Made by a program: the position numbers and the translations under genes. A stretch of 64,000 nucleotides of DNA from contig CAVTLK010000004.1 of the NCBI GenBank assembly GCA_963735595.1, positions 416,001 to 480,000 on the forward strand, given 5' to 3'. Under the pieces are notes generated by a model that saw only the letters and a list, made by a program, of their open reading frames with translations, ran no database searches and was not told where the DNA came from. The DNA is from an uncultured delta proteobacterium. GTDB taxonomy: Bacteria > Desulfobacterota > Zymogenia > Zymogenales > Zymogenaceae. Of the stretch, positions 17,884-28,860 are shown piece by piece; the stretch's first letter is position 1, and each line of letters opens with the position of its first letter.

Positions 17884-19227
17884 CTAAAACGTATCCCGTT
17901 TCGAGTGGTCTTCGAACCGCGTGTGTTCGTTGATAAAGGTCAGCCGCGCCGTTCCCGTCGGCCCGTTGCGCTGCTTGCCGATGATGATCTCGGCTATCCC
18001 CTTATCGTCCGAATTGGGATTGTAGACCTCGTCCCGGTAGATGAAGGCGATCACGTCGGCGTCCTGTTCGATGGCCCCGGACTCCCGCAGGTCGGCCAGG
18101 ATCGGCCGCCTGTTTTCCCGGCTCTCCACCGCCCGGGAGAGCTGGGAGAGCGCCACCACCGGGACCTTGAGCTCCTTTGCCATCGCCTTGAGGGAGCGCG
18201 AGATCTCGGATATCTCCAGATCCCGCCGCTCGGCCTTTCCCATGCCGGTCATCAGCTGGAGGTAGTCGACCACCACCAGCCCGATGTTCGCCTCGACCTT
18301 GAGGCGGCGGGCCTTGGCGCGCATCTCCAGGGGGTTGAGGCCGGAGGAATCGTCAATAAATATGCTGGTCTCGAGGAGGTTTCCCGCCGCGCCCGTCAGC
18401 TTTTTCCATTCGTCGGCCCTGATCTTTCCCGTCCTGATGCGGTTGAGCTCGATCCTGGCCTCGGAGGCAAGCATCCGCATGACCAGCTGCTCCTTGCTCA
18501 TCTCCAGCGAGAAGACGGCCACCGGCACCTTGTGCTTGAAGGCGGCGTTGAGCGCGATGTTGAGGGCCAGCGCGGTTTTCCCCATCGAGGGCCGCCCGGC
18601 GATGATGATGAGGTCGGCGGGCTGGAGGCCGGCGGTCATGTCGTCGATATCCTTGAAGCCGGTCGGCACGCCCGTGATGTCCAGATCCTTATTGTATAAG
18701 TGCTGAATTATCTCGACGCTCTCGGTGACGATCTTCTGGATGGGGAAAAACGCCTGCTTGATCTTGTGCTCGGAGATTTCGAAGATCTTACTTTCGGCCT
18801 TCTCCAAAAGCTCGTCCACGTCCCGCTTGGCCTCGTAGCTGTCGGCGATGATTTCGGACGAGGCGGCGATCAGGCCGCGAAGGATGGCCTTTTCCTTGAC
18901 GATCTTGGCGTAGTATTGGATATTGGCGGCGGTGGGGACGTTATCGACCAGGGAGGTGATATATGCGATCCCGCCGGCATCCTCCAGCGTCCCCTTCTTC
19001 CTGAGGGTCTCGGTCAGGGTAATAAAGTCGACCGGCTCGCTTTTGTCGAAGAGATCGATCATCGCCGAGAAGACTTTCCGGTGACCCTCCCGGTAGAAAT
19101 CCTGGGGCATGAGGATATCCAACACCTTTGTGATGGCCCGATCCTCGATAAGGATTCCCCCCAGCACGGACTGCTCGGCATCGAGGCTCTGGGGCGGCAT
19201 CCGTAAAACGGCTTCACCCGATCCCAT
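17884..19227 (-). CDS. dnaB: Replicative DNA helicase
   Basis: PPQSLDAEQSVLG, AGRPSMGKT, FSLEMS, VDYLQL, SQLSR, DLRESGAIEQDAD, KQRNGP; no intein. Confidence 0.98.
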   Translation of the reverse strand: MGSGEAVLRMPPQSLDAEQSVLGGILIEDRAITKVLDILMPQDFYREGHRKVFSAMIDLFDKSEPVDFITLTETLRKKGTLEDAGGIAYITSLVDNVPTAANIQYYAKIVKEKAILRGLIAASSEIIADSYEAKRDVDELLEKAESKIFEISEHKIKQAFFPIQKIVTESVEIIQHLYNKDLDITGVPTGFKDIDDMTAGLQPADLIIIAGRPSMGKTALALNIALNAAFKHKVPVAVFSLEMSKEQLVMRMLASEARIELNRIRTGKIRADEWKKLTGAAGNLLETSIFIDDSSGLNPLEMRAKARRLKVEANIGLVVVDYLQLMTGMGKAERRDLEISEISRSLKAMAKELKVPVVALSQLSRAVESRENRRPILADLRESGAIEQDADVIAFIYRDEVYNPNSDDKGIAEIIIGKQRNGPTGTARLTFINEHTRFEDHSKRDTF

Positions 19228-19370
19228 ATATGCCCCCTTGTTGACTATAGCGATGATTTGACGGGTCGCGGGTGGTGCGGGTACGCGGCCGCCGCGACGT
19301 GGTCCGATGGCCCGATGGAACGGCGGACGGGACAGCGCGAAAAAAACCGAAAACCGGGTCCGGGAACCGC

Positions 19371-19817
19371 TTAGTCCTGCTTGACGACCGTCAGCTTGAG
19401 GGTGGCCACGACATCCGTGGCCAGTTTAATCGGCACCGTATAGTCGCCCAGCCGTTTTATATGCTCCTCGATAACGACCTTTCTCTTGTCCACCTCGATG
19501 CCCATCTCCACCAGCGCTTCGACGATCTCGTGAGAGGTCACCGAACCGAAGAGCTTGTCTTCCTCCCCGGCGTGCTTCTTCATCGTTATCGAAATCGCCT
19601 CGATTTTTTCCTTAACGGCCTGGGCGCTCAGCTTTTCTTTTTCCTTGATCTTTTCATCCCGTTTCTTGATTGTCCCCAACAGCTTGAGATTTTCCCGGGT
19701 AGCGGCCAGGGCAAAGTTCTTGGGCAGGAGGTAGTTGCGGGCATAGCCGGTGGCGACCTTAACCACGTCCCCGGTCTTGCCCAGGGAGGCAACGTCCTGT
19801 ATCAGAATCACTTCCAT
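19371..19817 (-). CDS. rplI: 50S ribosomal protein L9
   Basis: LGKTGDVVKVATGYARNYLLP, KLFGSVT. Confidence 0.98.
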   Translation of the reverse strand: MEVILIQDVASLGKTGDVVKVATGYARNYLLPKNFALAATRENLKLLGTIKKRDEKIKEKEKLSAQAVKEKIEAISITMKKHAGEEDKLFGSVTSHEIVEALVEMGIEVDKRKVVIEEHIKRLGDYTVPIKLATDVVATLKLTVVKQD

Positions 19818-20040
19818 GGTGACTTCTCCTTGTCGTGATAGTGCAAACTGCGCCGCGAGGCGACGGCAAAACGGGAAAACGGACGGTTTTCAGCTTCACC
19901 GATCCGATTGCCGGCCCCGACAGCGCCGCCGGACGGCGGCCGGCCGTAGTCATTATAATGTCACGCCGACCGTCGGTCACGTCGCGCGAACGCTCCGGCC
20001 GCCTTAAACGGGCTATACGCCCCCCGCCGGCGTCCGGCGC

Positions 20041-20343
20041 CTAATACTGCGAGATCGTGGATGTGAAGGGGAGCAGCGCCAGGATTCTCGCCCGCTTTAT
20101 GGCGACGGTCAGCTCACGCTGGTGCTTGGCGCAGTTTCCCGAAATCCGTCGGGGAATGATCTTGCCCCGCTCGGTGATGAAGTAGCGCAGCATCTTGGCG
20201 TCTTTATAGTCAATCGTGATGGCCGGCGTCATGCAAAAGCGGCAGACTTTGCGCTTGTGAAACCCCTTACGCTTGACCACCTTCGCGCCGGAGTTGCCGC
20301 GCGAATCCCCATTTGATGTTCGTGATTCGTATCGTCTTTCCAT
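20041..20343 (-). CDS. rpsR: 30S ribosomal protein S18 (zinc-binding form)
   Basis: [41 protein letters not shown]. Confidence 0.97.
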   Translation of the reverse strand: MERRYESRTSNGDSRGNSGAKVVKRKGFHKRKVCRFCMTPAITIDYKDAKMLRYFITERGKIIPRRISGNCAKHQRELTVAIKRARILALLPFTSTISQY

Positions 20344-20625
20344 ATCGTTCGTTTCCAGAATAACCGTAGGCCGTACCGGACGCGTACCCGTGAATTGTAC
20401 ACCGGTGTTGGTCCCTTCGGGCCTGTTATTGGTTAATAATGTCGTCGGCTGATACTTCGCCGCCCGCCACAGGTGCGCCGCGAGCGAGTGCCTGTCCGAC
20501 AGCCGACCGACAAGCAGTGTCGACTCGTCCGTCGGGCCGCCGCCGTGCCCGGTCTCTTGTATGCCGGGTGCCCTTACGTTCAGCCGGGTACCCCCCATTC
20601 GCGGGGGACGTCGGCTATCCTCAGC

Positions 20626-21087
20626 CTATTCCTGCGGCTGTCCCGAGGCGTCGGACGTATCATCGGACGGGGGCGTTTCTTCCAGATCCTCATCGCTCTC
20701 GGGCGATTCGGGGCCGGCGGCAGGCGTAACGCGGGCGCCGTTCTGGTCGGTATGCTCCCGATCCTCCTCTTTCTTTTCCTCGGTGGTGATTTCGATCTCG
20801 GTGGCGGCAAGGATAATGGTCAGGAACTTCAGCACCTCTTCCATAATCCTGAGGTTCCGCTCAAGAACTGCCACGATCTTGGGTTCACCGTAATAGACGA
20901 CCCTGACGTAATTGCCTTTGAGTTTTTTCTTGACTCGATAGGCGAGCTTTCTCTTACCCCATCGATCCATCAGGATGACCTTGCCCTTTTGTCCCTCAAG
21001 GACGGTTTGGACGCGCTTGATCGACTTTTCGGAGTCATCTTCGGTGAGATCGGGATCGAGAATAAAGACGGTCTCGTAGGTACGCAC
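20626..21087 (-). CDS. rpsF: 30S ribosomal protein S6 with acidic tail
   Basis: MRTYETVFILDP, WGKRKLAY, GNY. Confidence 0.97.
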   Translation of the reverse strand: MRTYETVFILDPDLTEDDSEKSIKRVQTVLEGQKGKVILMDRWGKRKLAYRVKKKLKGNYVRVVYYGEPKIVAVLERNLRIMEEVLKFLTIILAATEIEITTEEKKEEDREHTDQNGARVTPAAGPESPESDEDLEETPPSDDTSDASGQPQE

Positions 21088-21089
21088 GT

Positions 21090-21212
21090 GAAATTCACCT
21101 CCCTTCGGTTATAAAGCCCGGTATTTATGGGGAACGATCGGCGATCTGTCACGGTCCGCATCAGCCCTTCGACCTTTACGAATCCGACCGCGTTCCCCCC
21201 GAGCAAGGAGAC
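21090..21212 (-). promoter_or_regulatory. Putative S6:S18 autoregulatory leader of rpsF
   Basis: Minus strand CTCCTTGCTCGG...CCGAAGGGGAGGTG can pair over the SD. TTGACA-16-TAGATT promoter at 21269-21242. Confidence 0.55.
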
Positions 21213-21483
21213 AGTAGGTATTATTTAGTTGTCGAAAGGGAAATCTATCATATTTTTACGGGATGTCAAGATAATTTTGCCCGGGAACGCCCCGCTTATC
21301 CTCCCGGACCCGCCCCGTCGATCCCACTCGTGCTTGAAAACCCTTGACATCGCATCTTTTTTGTGTTAGATACTTAAAAATCGGGTTGGTGCGCACGCCG
21401 TTATGCCGTAATAGACCACTCGCCACTCGATATCTTCGTTATGATCTCACATGTAAGCAGAATACCCGGGCAGGTATACGTAG

Positions 21484-22398
21484 ATGAAACGAAAGAAGAA
21501 ATACTATACTATCATGGTCGTGCCGCAGAAGGCGCAAAAGGTCTTTAGATTCAAGATCTCCGATATTGCCTTGTATGTCGTAGCCGGCGTGACGGGCATC
21601 ATCATCATCATCTCGGTCTGGATGCTGTATAACTACCTTGACGTGCGCCTGAAAGTCGCCGAGCTCAACTCCCTCAGAGAAGAAAACCGGCAGCAGAAAG
21701 ATCAAATACGGGAGTTTGCCTCCAAGCTCGAGGATCTCAACGGTGAGATGGAAAAGATCCGCCAGTTTGACGAGAAACTCAGGATCATCACCAACATCGG
21801 CGAGAATTCCGAGGGGGGTGACGTGTTTGGGGTCGGAGGACCTACCCCGGAGGAAGGAAACAGCGTTACCGAGCTCGATAAGCGCCACGAGTCGCTCATC
21901 CGCGAGATTAAGGTGGACCTCGAGAACCTCCAGGAAGAGTCCAAGATGCGCGAAGAGAGTCTCCAGGGTCTCCTGAGCTTCCTCGAGGAACAGAAAAACC
22001 TCCTCTCGTGCACCCCGTCTATATGGCCGACACGGGGTTTTGTAACCTCGTCGTTCGGGTACCGCCGCTCCCCCTATACCAAGACCCTTCGTATGCACGA
22101 AGGCCTGGATATCGCCAATAAGGTCGGAACATCCATATACGCAACGGCCGACGGCGTGGTGGTCTTTACCGGCATCGAGGGGAGTTACGGAAAGGTATTA
22201 TCCATCGACCACGGCTATGGGATCGCGACGCGGTACGGGCATCTGGATACCATCTTGGTCAAGGAAGGGGATAAGATAAAACGGGGCGACAAGGTCGCTA
22301 CCCTTGGCGTTACCGGCCGCACCACCGGCCCGCACCTCCACTACGAGGTGAGGATAAACGGCGTGCCGGTCAACCCGAGGAACTATATCCTCAACTAA
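21484..22398 (+). CDS. M23 family metallopeptidase with N-terminal membrane anchor and coiled coil
   Basis: TPSIWP, HEGLD, YGHL, TGPHLHYEV. Confidence 0.93.
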   Translation: MKRKKKYYTIMVVPQKAQKVFRFKISDIALYVVAGVTGIIIIISVWMLYNYLDVRLKVAELNSLREENRQQKDQIREFASKLEDLNGEMEKIRQFDEKLRIITNIGENSEGGDVFGVGGPTPEEGNSVTELDKRHESLIREIKVDLENLQEESKMREESLQGLLSFLEEQKNLLSCTPSIWPTRGFVTSSFGYRRSPYTKTLRMHEGLDIANKVGTSIYATADGVVVFTGIEGSYGKVLSIDHGYGIATRYGHLDTILVKEGDKIKRGDKVATLGVTGRTTGPHLHYEVRINGVPVNPRNYILN

Positions 22399-22578
22399 GT
22401 CGGCCGGTCGGCGCACCGACCGCAGACTGGTGTCGTGCCGGTGTCGTACATATGACGGGGCACGCGTTATCAGGAGAGCCGTGTAAACCCCGATGGAGTG
22501 TACCTCCTTCGGGGTTTTAGTTGGAGACACGAACCGGCCGGCCATGGTTTTTGGCGAGAATAATTTTAGGACTCCGTT

Positions 22579-25501
22579 ATGTTTATAGACTTTTTACAGA
22601 AGCTGTTTGGCTCTCAGAACGAGCGCGAGATCAAACGGATAATTCCCATCGTCAACGAGATCAACGACCTGGAACCCGGGATGGCCGCGCTTTCAGATGA
22701 GGCCCTGAAAAACAAGACCGCCGAGTATAAGCAGAGATTGGCCGACGGCCAGACGCTGGATCAAATCCTCCCCGAGGCCTTTGCGGCGGTCCGCGAGGCT
22801 TCCAGGCGGACGATCGGGCTGCGCCATTTTGACGTCCAGCTCATCGGAGGGGTCGTCCTCCACGAGGGGAAAATCGCCGAGATGAAAACCGGCGAAGGCA
22901 AGACCCTCGTGGCGACGCTTGCCGCCTATCTGAACGCCGTCTCCGGCAAGGGCGTTCACATCGTCACCGTCAACGACTATCTGGCCGGGCGCGACCGAAA
23001 CTGGATGGGCCGTATCTACGAGTTCCTCGGCCTTTCGGTCGGCGTAATCGTCCACGACATGGATGACGCTGAGAGAAAAAAGGCCTATGCATGCGACATC
23101 GTCTACGGTACGAATAATGAGTTCGGCTTCGACTACCTGCGCGATAACATGAAATACCAGCTCGAAGACTACGTCCAGCGCGATCTCAATTTCGCGGTCG
23201 TCGACGAGGTAGACTCGATCCTCATTGATGAGGCCAGGACCCCGCTCATCATTTCGAGCCAGGTGGACGTTGACCTGCATCAGTATGACAAGCTCAAGCC
23301 CCTTATCAAGCGGCTCGTCTCCCGCCAAAAGGATCTCGTCGCAGAACTATTTTCCGGCGCGATGACGGCCGAAAAAAACGACGACGACGAGACGATGATG
23401 GTCAACCTGCTTCGGGTGGAGAAGGGGGATCCAAAGAACAAGCGCCTCCTTAAATACATGGCCGACCACAAGGACGTCAAGAGGTCGATGACCCAGTGGG
23501 AGAGCATCTATATCCGTGACAAACGGACGGCGGACTTCGAGGAAGGGCTGCTCTACATTTTCTCGGACAAGGAGCACAATGTTTCTTTTACCGATGAGGG
23601 CCAGGCTATCATCCGGTCGTCGGTCGGAGAGCTGTTTGACCTTGGCGACGTCAACGAAGAGTATATCAAAATCGAGCAGGACGATTCCCTGTCTGCCGCC
23701 CAGAAGGAGCAGCGTAAACGGGAGGTGGGCGCCGAGCACGAGGATAAGACCGAAAAGATCCATAACCTCGGCCAGCTCCTGAAAGCATACACGCTGTTTG
23801 AGCAGGACGTCGACTACGTCGTCAAGGACGGCCAGGTCATTATCGTCGATCAATTCACCGGACGTATGATGCCGGGACGGCGCTACAGCGACGGCCTCCA
23901 TCAGGCGCTTGAGGCCAAAGAGGACGTCACCATCGCCAAGGCAACCAAAACCGTGGCGACCATTACCCTTCAGAACTACTTCCGTATGTACAATAAGCTG
24001 GCCGGCATGACCGGAACCGCCGATACCGAGGCGGAGGAATTCCATAAGGTCTATAGGCTGCCCGTAATGGTCATCCCCACAAACAAGCCGCTCAGGCGGT
24101 CGGAGGACCCCGACCTGATCTACAAGACCGAAAACGCGAAATTCCTGGCGGTGGCAGACCACATCGGAGAGTTGTATGAAAAGGGACGGCCCGTCCTTGT
24201 CGGGACCACGTCCATCGATAAGTCGGAAAGGCTCGCACGGCTCCTTAAGATGCGCAAGGTCAACCACCAGGTGCTTAACGCGAAGCACCACGAGCGCGAG
24301 GCGGAGATCGTGGCGATGGCCGGGCAGCAGGGCAGTGTCACGATTGCCACCAACATGGCCGGCCGAGGAACCGACATCGTCCTGGGCAACGGAGTGTCGG
24401 ACCTGGGCGGCCTGCATATCATCGGGACCGAGCGTCACGAGAGCCGCCGGATCGATAACCAGCTTCGCGGAAGGTCCGGCCGGCAGGGTGACCCCGGTTC
24501 ATCCCAGTTTTACCTGTCGCTCGAAGACGATCTCTTGCGCATTTTCGGCGCCGACCGGATCATGTCCGTCATGGATCGGCTCGGCATGGAGGAGGGGGAG
24601 GCCATCGAGCACAGCCTGCTGACGCGGGCCATCGAGAATGCCCAGAAAAAGGTTGAGAGCAATAACTTCTCCGTCAGAAAGCACCTGCTCGAGTACGACG
24701 ACGTCATGAACAAGCAGCGTGAGGTCATTTACGCCCGGCGCCGCGAGATCCTGTCCGACGACGAAATCGGTGAAGACATCATGGAGATGATCGAGGAAAG
24801 GGTCGACGAGATCATCATGACCTACACCGACGATAAGGGCTACCTCGAAGATTGGGATACTATCGGAATCGCCGAGACGGTGATGCGGTCGTTTTCAATC
24901 CCGATCAATATGTCGGACCCGAAGCTTAAAGAGATGACGCAGGATGATTTCGCCGACTGGCTCGGGGATAAGGTCGTCTCTACCTACAAGGCCAAGGAGG
25001 AGCATATCCAGGCCCCTCTCATGCGACGGCTTGAAAAGCTCATCATGCTCCGGGTGCTGGACGCCACCTGGCAGGACCACCTGGAGGCAATGGACCACCT
25101 CAAGGAGGGAATCGGGCTGCAGGGCATACGGGCAGCGTAACCCCCTCATCGAATATCAGAAAGAGGGGTACGAGCTCTTTCTTGAAATGGGAGAAAATGT
25201 TAAGGGAGAGGTGCTGTCACAGCTCTTTCGCGTCCAGATCGCCCGGGACGAGACGGCGCAGGCGCGGGCGGAAAGGGACCGGCTCACGCTCATACACCGG
25301 GAGTTTACCGCCCCCGCGATGGGAGAGGGCCCCGAGGCCGAAAGGCCGGCGGGATTACGGCCGGGCCCTGAGAGGCCCGTCGGCGAGAAGGCCAAGCCCA
25401 TCGTGCGCGAGACGCCAAAGGTCGGCCGGAACGACCCCTGCCCCTGCGGCAGCGGGAAGAAGTACAAGAAGTGTCACGGAAAGGTCGAGGCCTACGGGTA
25501 G
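22579..25501 (+). CDS. secA: Preprotein translocase SecA (one-base frameshift near 25120, probable sequence error)
   Basis: [55 protein letters not shown] continues in ORF 24944..25501 and ends in the SEC-C motif [13 protein letters not shown]. Confidence 0.97.
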
Positions 25502-25529
25502 GCCCCGACCTGAAAGGGTGTATCTATAA

Positions 25530-26717
25530 ATGACAGCTGATGCGCCGGTGTGTCCCGGCTTTCGGGCCGCGGGGATTGCGGCCGGCATAAAAAAGACGGG
25601 TGACCCCGATCTGGCGTTGATTGCCTCCGATACGCACTCGGTCGGCGCCGCCGTGTTTACCGAGAACCGGGTAAAGGCGGCCCCGGTGCTCCTCACCATG
25701 GAGCGCCTCCACGGGTGCCGGCCCCGGGCCGTGCTCATCAACAGCGGAGGGGCCAACGCCTGCACCGGCGACGAGGGGATTGCCGATGCCCGCACCCTCA
25801 CGGGAGAGGTCGCCCGCAGACTGGATATCCCGGAAGACGCGGTCCTTGCCGCGTCGACCGGGGTGATCGGCCAGCGCCTGCCGGTTGACCGTATCGCGCG
25901 ATCGATGGACTCGCTCGTCTCCGACCTCTCGCCGGACGGCTTCGGCCGGGCCGCCCGGGCGATCATGACGACGGACACCTGCCCGAAATGCATCGCACTG
26001 CCGTTCTCGGCGGGCGGTACCAACCATACGGTGCTTGGGATCGCCAAGGGAGCGGGGATGATATTTCCGCACCTCGCCACGATGCTGGCCTTTGCCGTCA
26101 CCGATTTTCCCATCGAAAAGAAACTCCTTGAAACTATTCTGAGACAGGCCGTCTCATGCTCGTTTAACGCCATCACGGTAGACGGGGACATGAGCACCAA
26201 CGACACGCTGCTGGTTCTCTCGGCCGGGGAACAACGATCATACAATAGTTCCGCCGACTGTGCCCCGTTTCGGGAGGCGTTCACGGAGCTCTGTGTCCGG
26301 CTGGCGCGCCATATCGTCAAAGACGCCGAAGGGGCGACGAAGCTGGTGGCCGTTACGGTGCGCGGAGCGCCCGACGGCCGGACGGCGCGGCGGGCGGCCT
26401 TCCAGGTGGCCAACTCCCCCCTCGTGAAAACTGCGTTTTTCGGAGAGGACCCAAACTGGGGACGAATTATCGGAGCGATCGGATGCGTCGATGGAGAGTT
26501 TGATCCCGCGCACGCCGATATCCGATTCGGGGACGTCCTGGTGGTTTCGGGGGGGATCGGCTGCGGCGCCGATAGGGAAGCCGCCGCCCGGGAGATAATG
26601 AAGCGGCCGGAGTATGAGATCATCATTGAACTGGGCGCCGGTCCCGATTCGTTTACCGCCTACACGTCCGACCTTTCCGTCGATTACGTGAAAATCAACG
26701 CGGATTACCGGAGCTGA
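25530..26717 (+). CDS. argJ: Ornithine acetyltransferase / N-acetylglutamate synthase
   Basis: NSGGANACTG, STGVIG, AKGAGMI.P.LATML, DGDMSTND, DAEGATK, DPNWGR, INADYRS. Confidence 0.96.
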   Translation: MTADAPVCPGFRAAGIAAGIKKTGDPDLALIASDTHSVGAAVFTENRVKAAPVLLTMERLHGCRPRAVLINSGGANACTGDEGIADARTLTGEVARRLDIPEDAVLAASTGVIGQRLPVDRIARSMDSLVSDLSPDGFGRAARAIMTTDTCPKCIALPFSAGGTNHTVLGIAKGAGMIFPHLATMLAFAVTDFPIEKKLLETILRQAVSCSFNAITVDGDMSTNDTLLVLSAGEQRSYNSSADCAPFREAFTELCVRLARHIVKDAEGATKLVAVTVRGAPDGRTARRAAFQVANSPLVKTAFFGEDPNWGRIIGAIGCVDGEFDPAHADIRFGDVLVVSGGIGCGADREAAAREIMKRPEYEIIIELGAGPDSFTAYTSDLSVDYVKINADYRS

Positions 26718-26729
26718 AGGAAACGCCGT

Positions 26730-27641
26730 ATGTTCAAGGTCATTATACAGGCCGTTCGGGCGCCATTTTTCACGGGAACGATCATCCCGGTTGTCATCGG
26801 GGCGGTGGAAGCGGCCAGGGTCGGCCGCTTCGATATCGTCCTGTTTGCCCTGTGCCTGGTCGGGGCGCTTTCGTTTCACGCCGCGGCAAACGTCATCAAC
26901 GACTATTTCGACTATCTCGGCGGGACCGATAACGTGAATCGGTATCATAACCTTTTTTCGGGCGGCAGCCGGGTAATCCAGGACGGCCTTTTAACGCCGA
27001 GACAGACGCTGAGGCTTGGAATCGGCCTCCTTTCGGCGGGGATCGCAATCGGCCTCGTTCTTGTTGTCAGGGTAGGCTGGGAGGTGCTCATTTTCGGGGT
27101 TGCCGGGACTATCCTCGTGCTGGCCTATTCAATCCCCAGGTATGGACTCGCTTACGTCGGCCGGGGGCTGGGCGAGCTGGCCGTGGCGGTCGGTTTCGGG
27201 CCGCTGATGGTGCTGGGCACCTACTGGGTCATGGCGGAAGTGCTCTCGGCGGCGATATGGTGGCTTACGCTGACGCCCGGGCTCTTGATAGCCCTGATAC
27301 TGTTTGTCAACGGCTATCCCGATTACGAGGCGGACCTGAAGACGAACAAACGGACCGCGGTCGTCACCTACGGACGGGCAAGCTCGCGCTGGATCTACGC
27401 CCTGATCCTGGCGGCAACATACCTGGAGATCGTGCTGGGCGTCGTTCTCTCAATCATTCCGGCGCTCTCGCTGGTCAGTCTGCTCACGATACCGATAGCT
27501 TTCGCGGCGACGAAAAGGCTCTTTCGGGTTTATGATGACCCCCGGGGGGTCGTGCCTGTCTGCGGCATGACGATCGGCATTCACCTTATCACCGGGGTGT
27601 TGCTTGCCCTTGGGGTGGGGTTGAGCGGCCTTATCGTATAA
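26730..27641 (+). CDS. menA: UbiA-family prenyltransferase (MenA-like)
   Basis: NVINDYFDYLGGTD, GLGEL, NGYPDYEAD...KRT, multiple TM helices. Confidence 0.8.
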   Translation: MFKVIIQAVRAPFFTGTIIPVVIGAVEAARVGRFDIVLFALCLVGALSFHAAANVINDYFDYLGGTDNVNRYHNLFSGGSRVIQDGLLTPRQTLRLGIGLLSAGIAIGLVLVVRVGWEVLIFGVAGTILVLAYSIPRYGLAYVGRGLGELAVAVGFGPLMVLGTYWVMAEVLSAAIWWLTLTPGLLIALILFVNGYPDYEADLKTNKRTAVVTYGRASSRWIYALILAATYLEIVLGVVLSIIPALSLVSLLTIPIAFAATKRLFRVYDDPRGVVPVCGMTIGIHLITGVLLALGVGLSGLIV

Positions 27642-27889
27642 GGGAAAGGGATACATGGCGGCTTTTTTTATTGCATATTGTCCAGTTTTGTGTTAAATAA
27701 GTAAATTTACATCCCCATTTTTCGATACGCGGGGGGCGGACGGGGTGGATCGTATCATGAATATGATGCGTATATCCGGCATAGTGGGCATAGTGCGGAA
27801 GCGATATGTAATAGTGCGCAATAATAGGTAGTAGCGGGCAATGGCGGCAACGATGGGCGCACGCGCCCTGAAATATACATCACATTAAG

Positions 27890-27975
27890 CACGCCCTGCC
27901 GGTGGGGACAGGGAGGTGACCCGATAACGGGTTCCCGGGTCCCGGCGGGCGGAAGAAACAACCACCATAAGGAGT
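27890..27975 (+). promoter_or_regulatory. Putative rpsB (S2/t44-like) leader
   Basis: Long stem CGCCCTGCCGG...CCGGCGGGCG closed before GAAGAAACAACC, directly upstream of the rpsB SD. Confidence 0.5.
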
Positions 27976-27981
27976 TGAACA

Positions 27982-28818
27982 ATGAGCTACATCGCGATGA
28001 AAGAGCTTCTGGAGGCCGGCGTACACTTCGGCCATCAGACCAAACGCTGGAACCCGAAGATGAAACCCTATATCTTCGGGGCGCGAAACGGAATTTACAT
28101 CATAGACCTCCAGAAGACAGTTACGCTGTTTGACAAGGCCTATGAATTTGTGAGGCAGGTTTCGGCGCGGAACGGGACGATCCTGTTCGTGGGAACGAAA
28201 AAACAGGCCAACGAGTCGATACAGGCCGAGGCTGAACGCTGCGGGATGTATTTCGTCAATGAGCGATGGCTCGGCGGCACCATGACAAACTTTGTCACGA
28301 TCAGGAAGACGGTCGAGCGCTTCAAGCGGCTTGAGGCCCTCCTTTCGGCCGACACAATCGATTCACTGCCAAAAAAAGAGGTAGCCGGGCTTGCCTCCCA
28401 GAGGGAAAAGCTCTCCCGGAGCATCGGGGGAATCAAGGATATGGGAAGGCTGCCGGACTGCATCTTCCTGGTCGACCCGAGAAAGGAGCGGATCGCCGTT
28501 GCCGAGGCCAATAAGCTCGACATCCCGGTCGTGGCCGTCGTTGACACCAACTGCAACCCGGATAAGATTAATTATGTCATTCCCGGAAACGATGACGCGA
28601 TCCGAGCGATTCGCCTGTTTTCCTCCCGTATTGCCGACGCCGTCCTCGAAGGTAAGCAGCAGACGACCGCCGCGCCGGTGGAAGAGGCCGTCAAGATAGA
28701 AGAGCCCGAGGAGCAGAAGGATGGGCCCGTTGTCGTAAGAAAAACGGCCCCCGCACGCGCCAAGACTCCCGATACTGATGAGCCGGGGCCGGAAGAACCG
28801 ATAACGGATGAACAATAG
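27982..28818 (+). CDS. rpsB: 30S ribosomal protein S2
   Basis: [32 protein letters not shown]. Confidence 0.98.
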   Translation: MSYIAMKELLEAGVHFGHQTKRWNPKMKPYIFGARNGIYIIDLQKTVTLFDKAYEFVRQVSARNGTILFVGTKKQANESIQAEAERCGMYFVNERWLGGTMTNFVTIRKTVERFKRLEALLSADTIDSLPKKEVAGLASQREKLSRSIGGIKDMGRLPDCIFLVDPRKERIAVAEANKLDIPVVAVVDTNCNPDKINYVIPGNDDAIRAIRLFSSRIADAVLEGKQQTTAAPVEEAVKIEEPEEQKDGPVVVRKTAPARAKTPDTDEPGPEEPITDEQ

Positions 28819-28860
28819 TAGATACAGGATAAAGCCCTGACGGCTTGTAAGGAGTGGAAA

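Noticed and set aside
19838..19900. c-di-GMP-I riboswitch-like GCAAAC...GCAAA
   Set aside because: On the wrong strand for rplI, and lacks the GNRA stem and second hairpin.
25111..25130. Programmed frameshift in secA
   Set aside because: Single extra base in CTGCAGGGCA with no slippery run, in an essential gene whose downstream part is intact; most likely a sequencing error.
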